A stretch of DNA of 63,504 bases, the filler included, from Welwitschia mirabilis (taxonomy: Eukaryota), in NCBI GenBank assembly GCA_051453625.1. It is 7 parts of one record of this genome, joined end to end, with 100 filler letters (N's around TTAATTAATTAA, not from the genome) between each part and the next. Parts side by side here need not be neighbours in the genome. Positions count along the whole stretch, not along the records: positions 37,792 to 42,174 come from JBOZIK010000001.1; positions 42,275 to 45,625 come from JBOZIK010000001.1; positions 45,726 to 56,407 come from JBOZIK010000001.1; 4 more parts are not named here. One strand, given 5' to 3'. Under the pieces are notes generated by a model. That model saw only the letters and a list, made by a program, of their open reading frames with translations, was not told the origin of the DNA and searched no databases. The stretch's first letter is position 1. Each line of letters starts with the position of its first letter. Positions 40,701 to 53,121 of this stretch are shown here, in pieces. A program made the translations under genes and the position numbers.

Positions 40701-42174
40701 CACAGAATGTCCAATTATATTAAAAATTATTAAAACAAGAAACAGGGCATGATTGTAGAAAAAGATAAAATTGAAATGAAAAAGATGAAATTAGGATATT
40801 CTTTTTGTAACTAGTTTTCCTTAACTTATTTACTTTAGAATTTTCTTAACTAATTTTTTATGGCTTATAGGTTTACATTGAGGATATCTTATTTCTTTAA
40901 TAATAAGACATATTTAAATTTAGAATAAAATGCATGAAATTTTCAATAAATTTAGCCATTAACTTAGGTATTTTATCTTTTAAATTTGTAGATAATGGAT
41001 TTTCCATTAGGTTTCACATTTTGTATACCTTACAAATTGCATTTTAGTTTAAGCCTTGCATGTGTAGTTTTATCTAAATGCATTCATTAAGTACTAGCAT
41101 AATTAACTTATTCTCTAAAGTGTTGCATAAATTTTTTATCTTTGTAATTTTAAGGATAAAGTATAATTTTGATTAGTGGACGTGACATCTTCTTTTATAG
41201 AATTCTTTTTACATTTCATGATTAATTATTAAACCTTGATAAAAATTTTCACAAAATATCACATCATTCCCTTACCTACCATTTTCACTTAGTCAATTTT
41301 TCCATAATTCACCATTTCTTTATCACCTTTTTACTAAGGGTCTGGCAAAAGACTAGTTAGGAGGTGTGCTCGCATGCTGAAATTAACATTTTAAGCAAGT
41401 TTAATTGATCAATTAGCATAAGAAAAGACAATTTAGTGATTTATCATAAAATGATGTCTTTTATTATTTCTAAAATAACATTTAATATTATGTTTTTCTA
41501 CATAGTAATTATAAGTATTTAGCCACATTTTGAAATACATGGTAGAAGATAGACACAATTCCACATAAAAAAATAGTGGTAATAGAGAAATGAGGTAACA
41601 ACGTGTAGCAATAGCATTAAAAGACATGTTGTAGAGGCATGTGGAGGTGGTATTGGAGACCTATATTAATAGCACTAGTTAGTAAAAGAATCTAGCTCTA
41701 AAGGTCATATGTTAAATTCATCAAAATAAAGATCCCAATAAATACTACATCACGGTCTCTACCAAATACTATAAAACAACCTCCATCAAATGATAAATGA
41801 TGAAATATTATATCTAATATTATATGAGATAATTTTATCTATTTAATGCTATAAGACAATCTCCACTAAATGATACAAGATAAAATCTTCTACCTAATTT
41901 TAAATGATGAAGATTTTACTTAATACTACAATCCAAGAGCTTGTAACCACCCCTTACTTCCATCTCTTCCTATAAAAGGGCCTTAAACCCTTAATTGGAT
42001 TCATTTTTTGATTGGCTTATCATGGGGAAAACTTAGAGGCTAGAATGTCATGATGCTCTAACACTCTTTCTTAGGGGTGAAATGATCCATGACTAGTTGA
42101 GAAGTTCTTATTCTCCTCCTCCTCCTTCATTGATGTAATGTATATGTATTTCAAGTTTAATACAAAAATTGGTT
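37792..42174 (+). mobile_element. Non-autonomous Athila-like element C: ~3.6 kb internal region without recognisable pol, then PPT and 3' LTR (41367-42174)
   Basis: Athila-style 3' end ACTAAGGGTCTGGCAAAAGACTAGTTAGGAGGTG directly before the LTR. Gag-like P/S/Q-rich remnant ~38400-38950. No RT or INT motifs seen. Confidence 0.72.
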
Positions 42175-45100
42175 NNNNNNNNNNNNNNNNNNNNNNNNNN
42201 NNNNNNNNNNNNNNNNNNTTAATTAATTAANNNNNNNNNNNNNNNNNNNNNNNNNNNNNNNNNNNNNNNNNNNNCCCTGCTCCGCCCAGTTTGTGTTTTT
42301 CGGATTGACAAAGCATTTTCCGTCACCTTTTCTCCTTTTGCTTGAAATAAAAGTTTTTTTCAATTTTTTAATAATGGTCTTCAATATTTTTTTAAAAAAG
42401 AGAGCGGTTTGTTGAAAAAATGTTAATTTGGCATCCTTACTAGTCACGAATGTATAATATCATACCACAACCTCACATTTTCATTTTTTAGTTTCTTAAT
42501 TATTCCTTTTGCTAGTGAGGTTGTAACGTAAATGGTGCAACACTCTTATCCAATCATAACGTTGTGTATTTGAATCTTGAGATGAATTATGTGGTAAATT
42601 ATGAGGCCTTTGACATACCTTAATTTGAATATGACATACCTTAATTTGAATAATGTTGTACTTTTAAGGGAAGTATAGGCACCAAAAGTTTCAAGTTTGA
42701 ATATGACATACCTTAATTTTTTCCCCCAGAGATTGGAATAGTACACAATAGTATTTACGTTGGGTTGGAATCTCAATTCCTATTAAAAACCAATATTCTT
42801 CACATTTAAAACACAATAAAAAAGGTAATGAGAGCTTTCAAATAACACAATTATTTTAGTCCTCAAGTGAAAAGAAAATTATTCAAAGGATTCCTATAAA
42901 AAGAGTACCCTATCCAACCAAAATGCCAAGGCACTTTGGTGGTTGAGCACTCCTGCTTATATTTATCACTTTCAATTCTCTCCCCAATACATGTGGGATT
43001 ATTCACCAACACTTGCCATCTCCTATGGCTCAACCATTGCGTCGCCTCCTATGACTCTTTGTGGGTGGTCCTGCATCAAATCATGTATTTTCTAAGTAGT
43101 TAACACATTTATAATTCCTTTATGTCATCATTGTATATGGAACATCATACAAGCATGATTACAAAGTAAATCTTTTCTTGTAATAAAATTACATTAATAT
43201 GGATATCATATCAATAAGAAACCCTTTCTAATAGCTACATCATATTTAAGATTTATTTTAATAAAGCATGCTCAAGAATTAACCCTTTTTAAAGTCATAA
43301 TTATTCTACCATTATGAACTTTTCATAATAACATCTTGTACTTATTCATACTCCAAATGTCACCCATATAATTAATTGTTTGTTTTATCTAATGGATGAG
43401 GAATGAATGTTGGCCATGCCATCTCTAATTTTCCAAATGATTATTAATTTTATTTGTACAGTCAATGTTGATTGTTGAGCATGAAGTCAATGTTTTAGCA
43501 TTGACTAGATGTCACTTATAGTCATTGATTAAAAAGTCAAAATTTAGCATTTGGTTTTTTTTTTTTTTTACCTTTTTATTTGAGAGGAAATGTTAGTCAA
43601 GAGGATGACTTTAACTTTTTTATGCATGACCAAAGGGACATCTAGACAATAGTTACACATTACGTTTATGGTCAATAACTAACATTAACTTTATGAATAA
43701 ATCCAATGATGCTTTGCTAATTGGATATGAAATGATCAACACTCATTAGTTATAGACTCATCATCATCAACCTTATTAGAAACAAAATTTAAGGAAAATT
43801 ATATAAAGTATTTGTTTATATTTTTAAACACAGAGTTCCGATATATATGTTAGTGAAATAATGATACGCCTTTATATCTTTCTTAAATAATCAATATTAT
43901 GATATGAACACATACATATAGGTATAAGTGTTATGAAGACTATCATTACCAATGGTGGCAAGCATAAAATTGCGCTCAATGTTAGTAAACATATTAAAAA
44001 AAATCATAATATTTATTTTCTCAAAAAAATACATTCATAAAGACTAAAAAATTAATGTGGACATATAAATGCATATAAACAAACACAATTTAGTCCTCGT
44101 CATGCAAAATGTGATCATCTATGAATGTAAAGTCATCTTAAAAATTTATTCATATAGAAAGAAATCCAAAAGTAAACTGGTTTATTTTTATACCTATGTG
44201 TAAGCAAATCTTAAACATTTATCTATAATTCTCTAGACCTATAAAATGCTACTCTTTTAAAATTATTTTTTCGAAGCTGTATTCTATCAATGTTTTTCTA
44301 TGTCTTTACTTTAAAAACACAACATAACTAATCAGTGATTTAATTGATATGACCCTTGAAATTACAATAAAAATTAATCATGTCATATATTTTGATCTGA
44401 TGTTTGTGCATTTATTTAATATTGTCATTCCTTATGATTTATGAGTTGTTAATACTAATGCAAGTAAGTGAAATTTTACATGTTGTACTATGCTAATTAG
44501 AATAATAGATATTTTTTTTTGGACATAGTATGTTAAATGGAATTTTTAAGTAAAAATAAAACTCTAAATGTACACAAGAACATTATTCTACTGGCCTTAT
44601 TACGTATTAATAAATTGTATTAGTAATGAAATCAAAGGTCCATTCATGTAGATTTTGGCTAAATTTTGGCTATTAATATTATCCTTGCATACCTATAAAT
44701 AAAATTTCTAGATCTAGTTATCCCTTTTTCCCGTCATAAAAAGATCCACTTATATTCTCATTTGCTAAACTTTTTCACATAGTATGTCATCTTAATTTTG
44801 TTAATCTAGGTTTGTTATATATATTAATCTTATTACTAATGACATATAAATGAACAAAATATTCAATTTAATATGGTTCATTAGAAGTTGATGGAAGATT
44901 ATTTATTTTCATGAGATAATCATAATCCTTATTTAAAGGATTTTTATCTTGGATATTTCTTAAAATACTCCTATATTAGTATTATGAATGATCATCTCTT
45001 ATATGCTTGTGTATAACATCTATACAATAGTTGTGTTAAACTCATGCTAAATCCCTTAATAGTCTCATTACCAAAATATGGTCAAAGATTTTTAACTACT

Positions 45101-45515
45101 AGAAGTTGGTTAAGATAACTCATTAAAGTGATGGATCTTTTCCTTCATGTAATTGGAAAGACATCTAATTCATTATAGCTAACTAGTTAACTCTTATAGT
45201 ATACTATACAAGTGTAACCCTAACCATATTTTTCTTAAAATCATTTTTGTTAAAAAAATAAGGTTATAAATTAATTAAAATAGAAAAATAAAAAATAATA
45301 ATGTCAAAGATATTTCTTTTACAATTACATAAAAGAAATAATAAGTGTTTTGGTATAGAATTTCTTATCTCATACTATAGGCATAGATCAAATAGAATTT
45401 TGTAGATAGCAAACATAAAAAAGGTGATAACTTATTTACTAATAGAGTATGTTGTTATTCCAAAGTTTTCAAATCTCAAAGAGAGTTCTTACATTGGTAG
45501 TTTTTGGTTTATATT

Positions 45516-45625
45516 TGTTGCGATGCCAATTTGTAGGAATTTGATGTGTATTTGGAGTACTTTTGCAGGACATTTATATAAGTTTAGATGCAATTATGCT
45601 GATTATGGAGAGAGGATAAGATGAT
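45516..45625 (+). mobile_element. Start of a family A LTR
   Basis: TGTTGCGATGCCAATTTGTAGGAATTTGATG...GAGTACTTTTGCAGGACATT matches the LTR start at 28972 and 5498. Confidence 0.85.
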
Positions 45626-45725
45626 NNNNNNNNNNNNNNNNNNNNNNNNNNNNNNNNNNNNNNNNNNNNTTAATTAATTAANNNNNNNNNNNNNNNNNNN
45701 NNNNNNNNNNNNNNNNNNNNNNNNN

Positions 45726-48070
45726 GTATGTTTTAGAATTATTTAAAAGAAATAGAACCCATGTATATCTAGAGAAATCACCAATCATAATAAAAAAATA
45801 GCTTTTACCTCCTAAATATTGAGTTTGAATGGGATCTACCAAGTTCATATGAATGAGTTATAAAGACATAGTTGTGGAAAATTGGTTTTTACTCTTGTGT
45901 GATGTTCTTATTTGTTTTTATTTTTGGCATACATCACAAAAGATCATGTTTTTCAACATTTATTTTCAAAATACCTTTGACAATTTTTTCTAATAATAAT
46001 TTTTAAATGATCATAATTAACATGATCTAATCATTTATGCTAAATCTCTTCTTAACTAATATTAAAAAAATAACAAGCAGAAAATGCTTGATCTATGTTA
46101 TAAACATTATCTATTCTATTTGCTTTGAGAATAATATCATTTTCTTTATCTTGCATAGCTTTACATTTAGAACTATAAAAAATGACCTTATGACCTTTGT
46201 TATAAATTTGGCTTATTCTAAGTAAATTATGCTTTAAAACATTAACATATAAAACTTCATTTATTTTAGGTAAGATACATCTATCAATGCTTTTAATACC
46301 TTTGATTTTTGCTCTTTCATTATTGTCAAAAGTAACTTCTCCTTCATTAAAATTGCTCAAATGTTTGAATCTAGATTTATCTTCCGTCATATATCATAAG
46401 CATCCATTGTCCAAATACTAGCTACTACCATTTAAAACCTTGAAAGTCATTTGAACTAAAAGACTTTTCAAATCATTAGATTTCACCCACTTAGTCCTTT
46501 TAAACATTTGTTATACACCTCCTTTTGAAATAAATTTAAATGTAAAGATCTGATTAAAGTTGAAAATAACATTAATTTTTTAGCATCATGAAATAGCTTT
46601 TAATGATCTCACTTACCACAAAAATGAGAAGTATCTTTAGAAATAAACTTATTTTGTCAAGTTACCTAATTTTGCTAACTTTATGGTTTTTTTGGATGAA
46701 AATAATACTTGTTTTATTATGAGCTAGTTTCTAAATTTAAAGCATTCATTTTAATTTATATGAACCACTAAAAAATTTATTAACAAAAAGAAATAAATCT
46801 TTTACCTGTAGAACAAGATTGGAATTTTTAAATTTGATTATTTTATACTTTGATTTCATTTCCTACTTTTTTTTGATGAGTGATTTTACAATCTTATTCA
46901 AATCATTTATGTGCTTTGCTCACTTTTATAGTTTCTAATAAATATCTTCAAGCTCATCCTATTCTTCTTCAATGACATCCAAATCATCAGGTTCCATTGT
47001 GCTAGACAAGTTATGAAATGGAGGCACAAGTACTATGAAAGAGAATCTTCTACTGCCATCTGAATATTAAGCTGAACTACTGTCATCATCCTCATTTACA
47101 TTATCCCATATTATAATGAATGAATATGTCTTAATTTTTTAATTCTCTCTTATTGTTCGAGCACTCATTTTCCATGTGTCTAAAGCCTTTGCATGCATAT
47201 CATTAGATCTCTTTTTTTTTGGTCTTGATTCTTTTTGCACTTTAAAAGTTCTCTTCTTGTACCTCTACTTGGCTTACTTTCCTTCTTTCTTCTGTACAAA
47301 AATTTCTTAAATATTCTTGCTAGAAGAGCAACTTCATCATCATCTTGATCTTCATCAAATTTCTCTAACCTACACCCTTTCTACATACATTTTAAAGTAA
47401 TACCTTTTTTATCTTTATAAGATTTTAATTTATATGTTTTCAAATTACCTTAAAGTTCTTCTAGATCCATCATGTTGATATTCTTACTTTCTTGGATTGC
47501 TATGACTTTGGGCTTAAATCTCTTTGGAAGTGATCTCAATAATTTTTAGACCACTTTTGCCTTATCTAATCTTTCACCCAGACTGGTCATGGAATTCATG
47601 ATGCTGGTAAGCTTGGTAAAGAATTTCTGCAAATTCTCCTCCTCATCCATATGAATGTCTTCAAATTTTAAGATAAGTATTTGAATTTTGGCCAATTTTG
47701 TAATGGATGTCCCTTCATGTGCAAATTCAAGAATATCCCATGCCTTCTTTACATATTTATAGTTTATAATCCACTTGAATTTGTCTCCACAAACTTCACA
47801 AAATATAGCATTAAGAGCATGGAAATCTATGGTAGCTTTAGATTTATTGGTGTAAGTTCATTAGTCTTAGGTTTTTGAAACTAAAATGGTATTATCATTG
47901 ACATTGGTTATCATTAGAGTAGGCATAGTATATCAATTACAAATAAGATATTCAATTTTAACATCTAAGTATCTAAGGAAGATTGTCATTTGGGCTTTTC
48001 AATAAGCATAGTTTAATATATCAAATATAGATGGGCAGTTAGTCAAAAAGCCATCAAATAAGTTACTCAT
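45726..48070 (-). pseudogene. gag-pol: Decayed copia gag-pol (gag with zinc knuckle ~47160-47200, protease ~46200-46420, integrase N-terminus)
   Basis: ATG at 48070 reads MSNLFDGFLTNCPSIFDILNYAY*KAQMTIFL. Also YLDNGCL*YMTED..EGEVTFDNNERAKIKG..VLYVNVLKHNLLRISQ, and LGGKSY..GDFSRYTWVLFL. Confidence 0.9.
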
Positions 48071-48122
48071 TTTTGGTTTTTAGAATCTAGATCTATTAGG
48101 ATCTTAACATGGATCCAACAAG

Positions 48123-48134
48123 GCTTTGATACCA
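48123..48134 (-). other. Primer binding site, tRNA-iMet
   Basis: TGGTATCAAAGC, 2 nt downstream of the LTR-terminal CA on the minus strand. Confidence 0.85.
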
Positions 48135-48136
48135 AA

Positions 48137-49620
48137 TGTAGGAATGAGAACCCCAGAAGGGGGATGACTAGGTTTTTAAAAATATTTAAATAAATCCACA
48201 ATATTAATTTGATTGAAATGAATCAATAAAAATGCATGCAAGAAAACTGAAACTATTCTAAAAAAAATAAAATAATAGAAAGAACAAAAATACTAATCAG
48301 AAGCACATGAGATTTATAGTGGTTCAGGAAAACCCCCTACTTCACTCTCAATAATCATCTACTATTTAAGTTTGATCTAAATCTCCATTAATATCTTTCA
48401 AGTATTATAGATTCACATGTATCCTTTATAAACAAATGTTTTTTGAAGTCTCAATCTCAATATTTTGCAAGAAAGCATAGTAGTGATGATTACATATCCA
48501 ATATGCATAGGTTTCACTTGATCTTTAGCTTAATAAAAGTATTGAAACTTTTCTTCTAAATATGGTATAATCTAGAAATAAAGAGTGCCACAAATTAGAC
48601 CATGTATCCAAAGATACCATAGTCCTTGATTCATATTTAATTAGAAATGATATGCCAATGACTATAATGAGAAAATCCAAAACATTCATAAGTTTGATAA
48701 AAGGTCTAACAATGATTTAACTCTTAAAAATATATAGTAAAAGGCTTCTAGGATATTTTTACAAGTAAAAAGATATTCTAATGGCCATAATTACATTTTC
48801 ATCATAGCTAGTTAACCCTTAAAAGTCTAGCCAACCCTACCTGATGTCATCTCTTAAATCAGTTGCTCTTGTATTCTTTTGGTTGATTTAGTTTCTTATG
48901 ACTCCATGTCTAGTTAACCCCTTAGGGTCTAGTTGACCACTCATCTGGTGTCTTGTATATCTATCTAGTCACATGCTTAGTTTAAATAACATCCATTAAA
49001 GTTTTTCTATTCTAAGTTTAGTCAACCCCTCAGGAATCTGGTCAAGCACTTGCTAATCATCTATGAAGTATTGATGCTTACTTGCATAGGTTCAATTATT
49101 TTCTTAGATGTTCAATTAATTCCTTGATGATTGACTAGGAATTATTAGATTCATATTGCTTAGATTAGATCAACCCCTCAAATTTCCAGTCGACCCCTTC
49201 GTAATCAGTTTAAAAGTATTGGTACATAGTTCTCAGGTCTAATCGACTTGTTAGATGTCTGGTCTACCTGTTGATGATCGATTCAGAAGCACTAGTGCTT
49301 AGGTTCATACGTTTGATCTATTCCTCAAATATCTGATTAATCTCTCTGACTTTAGTTCACTTTTGTATGTTTACTTTAGATGTGGTCAACTCCTTAGAAG
49401 TCTAATTGACCCTTCAAGAGGGTATTAAAACTTGATAGGTTTCAAGATCAAAATGTGACATAAATACTTCAGCTTATGACCTATAACAGATCAATATTTT
49501 TGCATAAGATATAAGAAATTTTGCTACATAGAAAACATTAGTTTAACATGAATTAGCAAATAATAATTCAAAATAGGAATTCATTTATTATTCAAGATTT
49601 TAAAAAGTCATTATCTTACA
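48137..49620 (-). repeat. 5' LTR (~1.48 kb) of the Sirevirus-like element
   Basis: Begins TGTAAGATAATG (minus, 49620) at the junction with a gypsy integrase. Ends CCTAGTCATCCCCCTTCT...CCTACA next to the PBS. Confidence 0.8.
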
Positions 49621-50230
49621 TCATGAAATCTCTGTTGCTTATTATCCCTGGTCCAACAATCAAGATGAACTCACAAATAAGGAACTGAACAAGATTTTAA
49701 CTAAAATAGTGAATACCAAAAGAAATAATTGGGCGTATAAACTTAACAAACCATTATGGTCTTATAGAATACCTTGAAAAAGTAGTATCAGTTTTATATC
49801 TTATGAATTAATCTATGGTAAAAAGGTAATCTTTCTATTGAATTAAAATTAATATATTATAAATTAGCTAAATAATTAGATCAGAATATAGATGAATCTC
49901 AAAATGAATGGATATAAAACATGAAGAAATTATATGAAGATAGAATAGAAGTCCTAATAAGAAAGGAATTGATTAAAAATAAGCAAAAGAGTAGCATGAT
50001 CATAACGTTCATAAAACTAACTTCAAAATTCGAGATAATTCTTGATTCTAAATATATATCTTCTAAGTAAAAGTATACTTAAAAATGAATTAAACCATAT
50101 AATTTAAGAAAAAATTTATCTAATGGAGCAATGGAACTATTTAATGAAAAAACTAAGGACATATACAAAGTTAATGGTCATAGAATTAAGACTTATAAAG
50201 AAAAAATTTCACTCTTAGAAGAGATGGGAC
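49621..50230 (+). pseudogene. pol: C-terminal half of Athila-like integrase (family D-like)
   Basis: HEISVAYYPWSNNQDELTNKELNKILTKIVNTKRNNWAYKLNKPLWSYR..SYELIYGK and NGAMEL..YKVNGHRIKTY. Confidence 0.9.
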
Positions 50231-51107
50231 AAACTTATAGGTGGAGAGAGTTGTACACATATATTTTCCTCCATAGTCCTATAGTATTATGATAATAATA
50301 ATAATAATAATAAATAACAAAATAAATAAAAGTCTATAAGGTTTAACTTTTAAGAAAGAAAATGGATGTTATTCAAGTTATAAAAATTTTTACTTAGTAG
50401 GTGAAAGTATCTTATAAAAATCAGTAATACTTCAAGAAGGGAAAAATTACAAAGGGTAAGAATGACTAGATTATGAAGGAAAATGAAGGTACTTGTGTAA
50501 TCATTTATGTTAAGTTAAAAAAATGATTAAAAAAAGAATAGTGTCCTATTATAAGTGCACCAAGTTAAATATTCCAAAGAGGGGTCTTGGTAGTGTAATA
50601 AAAGAGTTGTAAGAACTTTAATAGGAGATTAGCTGGCCATGATCAGGGTTTACAATTATATGGATCCTTATTTCTATGGCAGTAGTTGCACTATTCTCAT
50701 TACAAAAATATTTCTTAAAATAAAGGCTCTTTGGCTTTAAATTATAAAAAAAACAATTACTCTCTAGAAGTCATCTGAGGAGTGGTTAGTCTCCAATATT
50801 TTCTTCAAACCAAGTAAACCCTAGAATGAAAAATAAATATTACATAGGATATCATTATTTTATATCAACATTTAGAACATTTGCATAAATGTATCTTTCT
50901 TCTATGTATTTTTAAGTAATAAATTTCTATAAAGATAAAAAAACTTTATACTTAAAGGATTTTTATAATTTGGCATAACAAGAAATGAGTACTAGAATAA
51001 AAGTATCTAAAGCTTATAATTTATTAAAACAAAGATCAAAACTTTTATTTCATTATGTAGATAACAATAGTTCTTATGTTTTATCTTTCAAATAAAAATA
51101 GTCTTAA

Positions 51108-51750
51108 CTAGGAAATATAAGCACCATACCTATTTGACTTATCAATTAGGATATAACTTATCTCAGTAGCTTGGATTCTCAAATACTTAGTACATAGGTG
51201 ATGAACTATATGGCCAAAACAAGGGATAATCTCTCTAAGGCTGAATTGATTCCTTTCATTTTCTCAAAGGATGTCATGTAAGGCATTTAGTACCTTAGAA
51301 GCTATGCTATAAGAAGGAAGGTTAGGAGTGTAAATACTTTGAATAGAGATTTGAGAGGAAGCCTTACTAACACTTGTAATATTCATTTCTATTTGAAAAG
51401 ATCGTAACCTAAAAGAATAGCACTTGGACTTCATGACTTGAGAAGAAGTAGCAGGAGGTGTGGACAAGTTATTAAAGTTAAAAGTTATTTTTGATTTAAA
51501 GTATCAAGAGAACTTAATTCAATTTGAAAGCTATGATGGTGAGAAATTATTTAAGACATTTTAGTATACTTATATTAGAAAATATCATTATAAAGAATCA
51601 TTCATAATTTTAGGTATAAATCAGAATTAGAGATACTTAGAAGTGTTGATTTTACAGCCATTAGAAGAGATTTATTTAATCTAGAAAATTTGGACCAAAC
51701 TCTGCTTCTTCTAACTAAATAATAAATTCCATAACAATTACAACTATTTC
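51108..51750 (-). pseudogene. Putative decayed accessory ORF, antisense to pol (plant-transposon-protein-like)
   Basis: The track ORF 51264-51467 continues past one TGA in frame as ENERNQFSLREIIPCFGHIVHHLCTKYLRI..., and upstream fragments read LYLKL*MILYN and FQIELSSLDTLN. Resemblance to PF20167/PF03078-type motifs is from memory only. Confidence 0.4.
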
Positions 51751-53121
51751 CAGGGAGCTTTATAGATTTAAAAAATCCTCTTTGAGTAACCTTTTTTGCT
51801 CAAAGGCCCCCATCAAATTCTTACAAAAGCAAAAGATTCCATTTTTTAATGATGTATTAACAAGATATCCATTATCTATTGCAAACCCCTTTAATAGATG
51901 GATGTACCCCTTTGATGATGTCTTTAAAAATCCTTCAAATCTTAACTTCTTTATTTTTCCTTACCTACTCTTAGTACAAGCTTTAAGACCTCCTTTTAGT
52001 AACCATTATTGCTCAAAAACCCCATTTTAGGTTCTACCTCAAGCATAGTATGAATTAATTTAATAATGAGTGGATTCATGTTTCTTCTAATTTATCACCA
52101 CTTCTGAGACCTCTTTAAGAGCTTTAAATCTTCATTTCATATGACAATCTAATTTGATGCGTATTAGACATCTAAATGAAGACCACCTTTGCAGAGAGAT
52201 GTCTCACTTTGATTTTAGCATTTATAAATATGAATCAGGTGGTTCATAAATGGTTATATTAGATTCTTCAAAAACATTTTATTAATGAATCCTTAAAATA
52301 ACCTTTTAACTAACTCTTGATTGATCAAAAACCCCTTTTGAGCTTAGTCTTTGTTAGAAAGATATTTTAAAAAGGCAATTCAAACTTAAAGAATCCTGTT
52401 GAGTAACATTCATTGCTTAAAGAACCTCTTCAAGAAAGAAATTGCTACTCAAATGTAGAAATAAATTTGTGATATTAATAAAGAATTAGATGGAAAATAG
52501 AACCTTGTAAGACTTAATTTTACTAGTAGAAGAAAAACATTCATGGAATAAAAGAGAAATAGCAATAGTAATAAATAAGTTAGATTTTCAAAAGGAATCC
52601 TCTTTCAGAGGATTTGTTGTTTAGTGCTTTTCAAAATATATATAGAAAATAAAAATTCATTGAATATAATGTATTTTTGCAATCCAAGAGAACTATAATC
52701 ACATTTACATGATTAGCATTTTAAAGGTAATAATTTTGGATAAATTAAGACATACAAATTTCTAAAACTTTTACTTTACTAAATGGATTTATTAGTTTGA
52801 AGGACTCCTTCAAGTTGAAAATAATAACCAATCAAAGGACCCCTTTGAGTAATGTTTGTTTCTTAAAGAATTACTTCAAGGATGTAATTATTTATTGAAG
52901 GACTCCTTTGAACAATCAAAAACTCCTTTTAAATATATAAGAAAGACAAAAAAAAATTTTTATAGCAAATTTTATTAGCACCTCTATTCAATGATCTTGA
53001 TAATTTATTTTTCAAGGACTTTAATAAGTTAGGCTTTGATGCATGGTAAGAAGCTATAAAATTCTATAAATAGAGCATTACAACAAGTAGATTATTTATT
53101 CATAGTTTATTTTTAGTGCAC

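Larger units (their letters stand above)
45726..49620 (-). mobile_element. Sirevirus-like Ty1/copia element: 5' LTR, PBS, gag, protease and start of integrase
   Basis: LTR 48137-49620 (TG...CA) with C-rich end, PBS TGGTATCAAAGC, copia domain order. Confidence 0.88.

Noticed and set aside
42611-42720. Three copies of TGACATACCTTAATTT
   Set aside because: Short local slippage-type duplication with no further structure; the overlapping ORF 42546-42776 is not protein-like.
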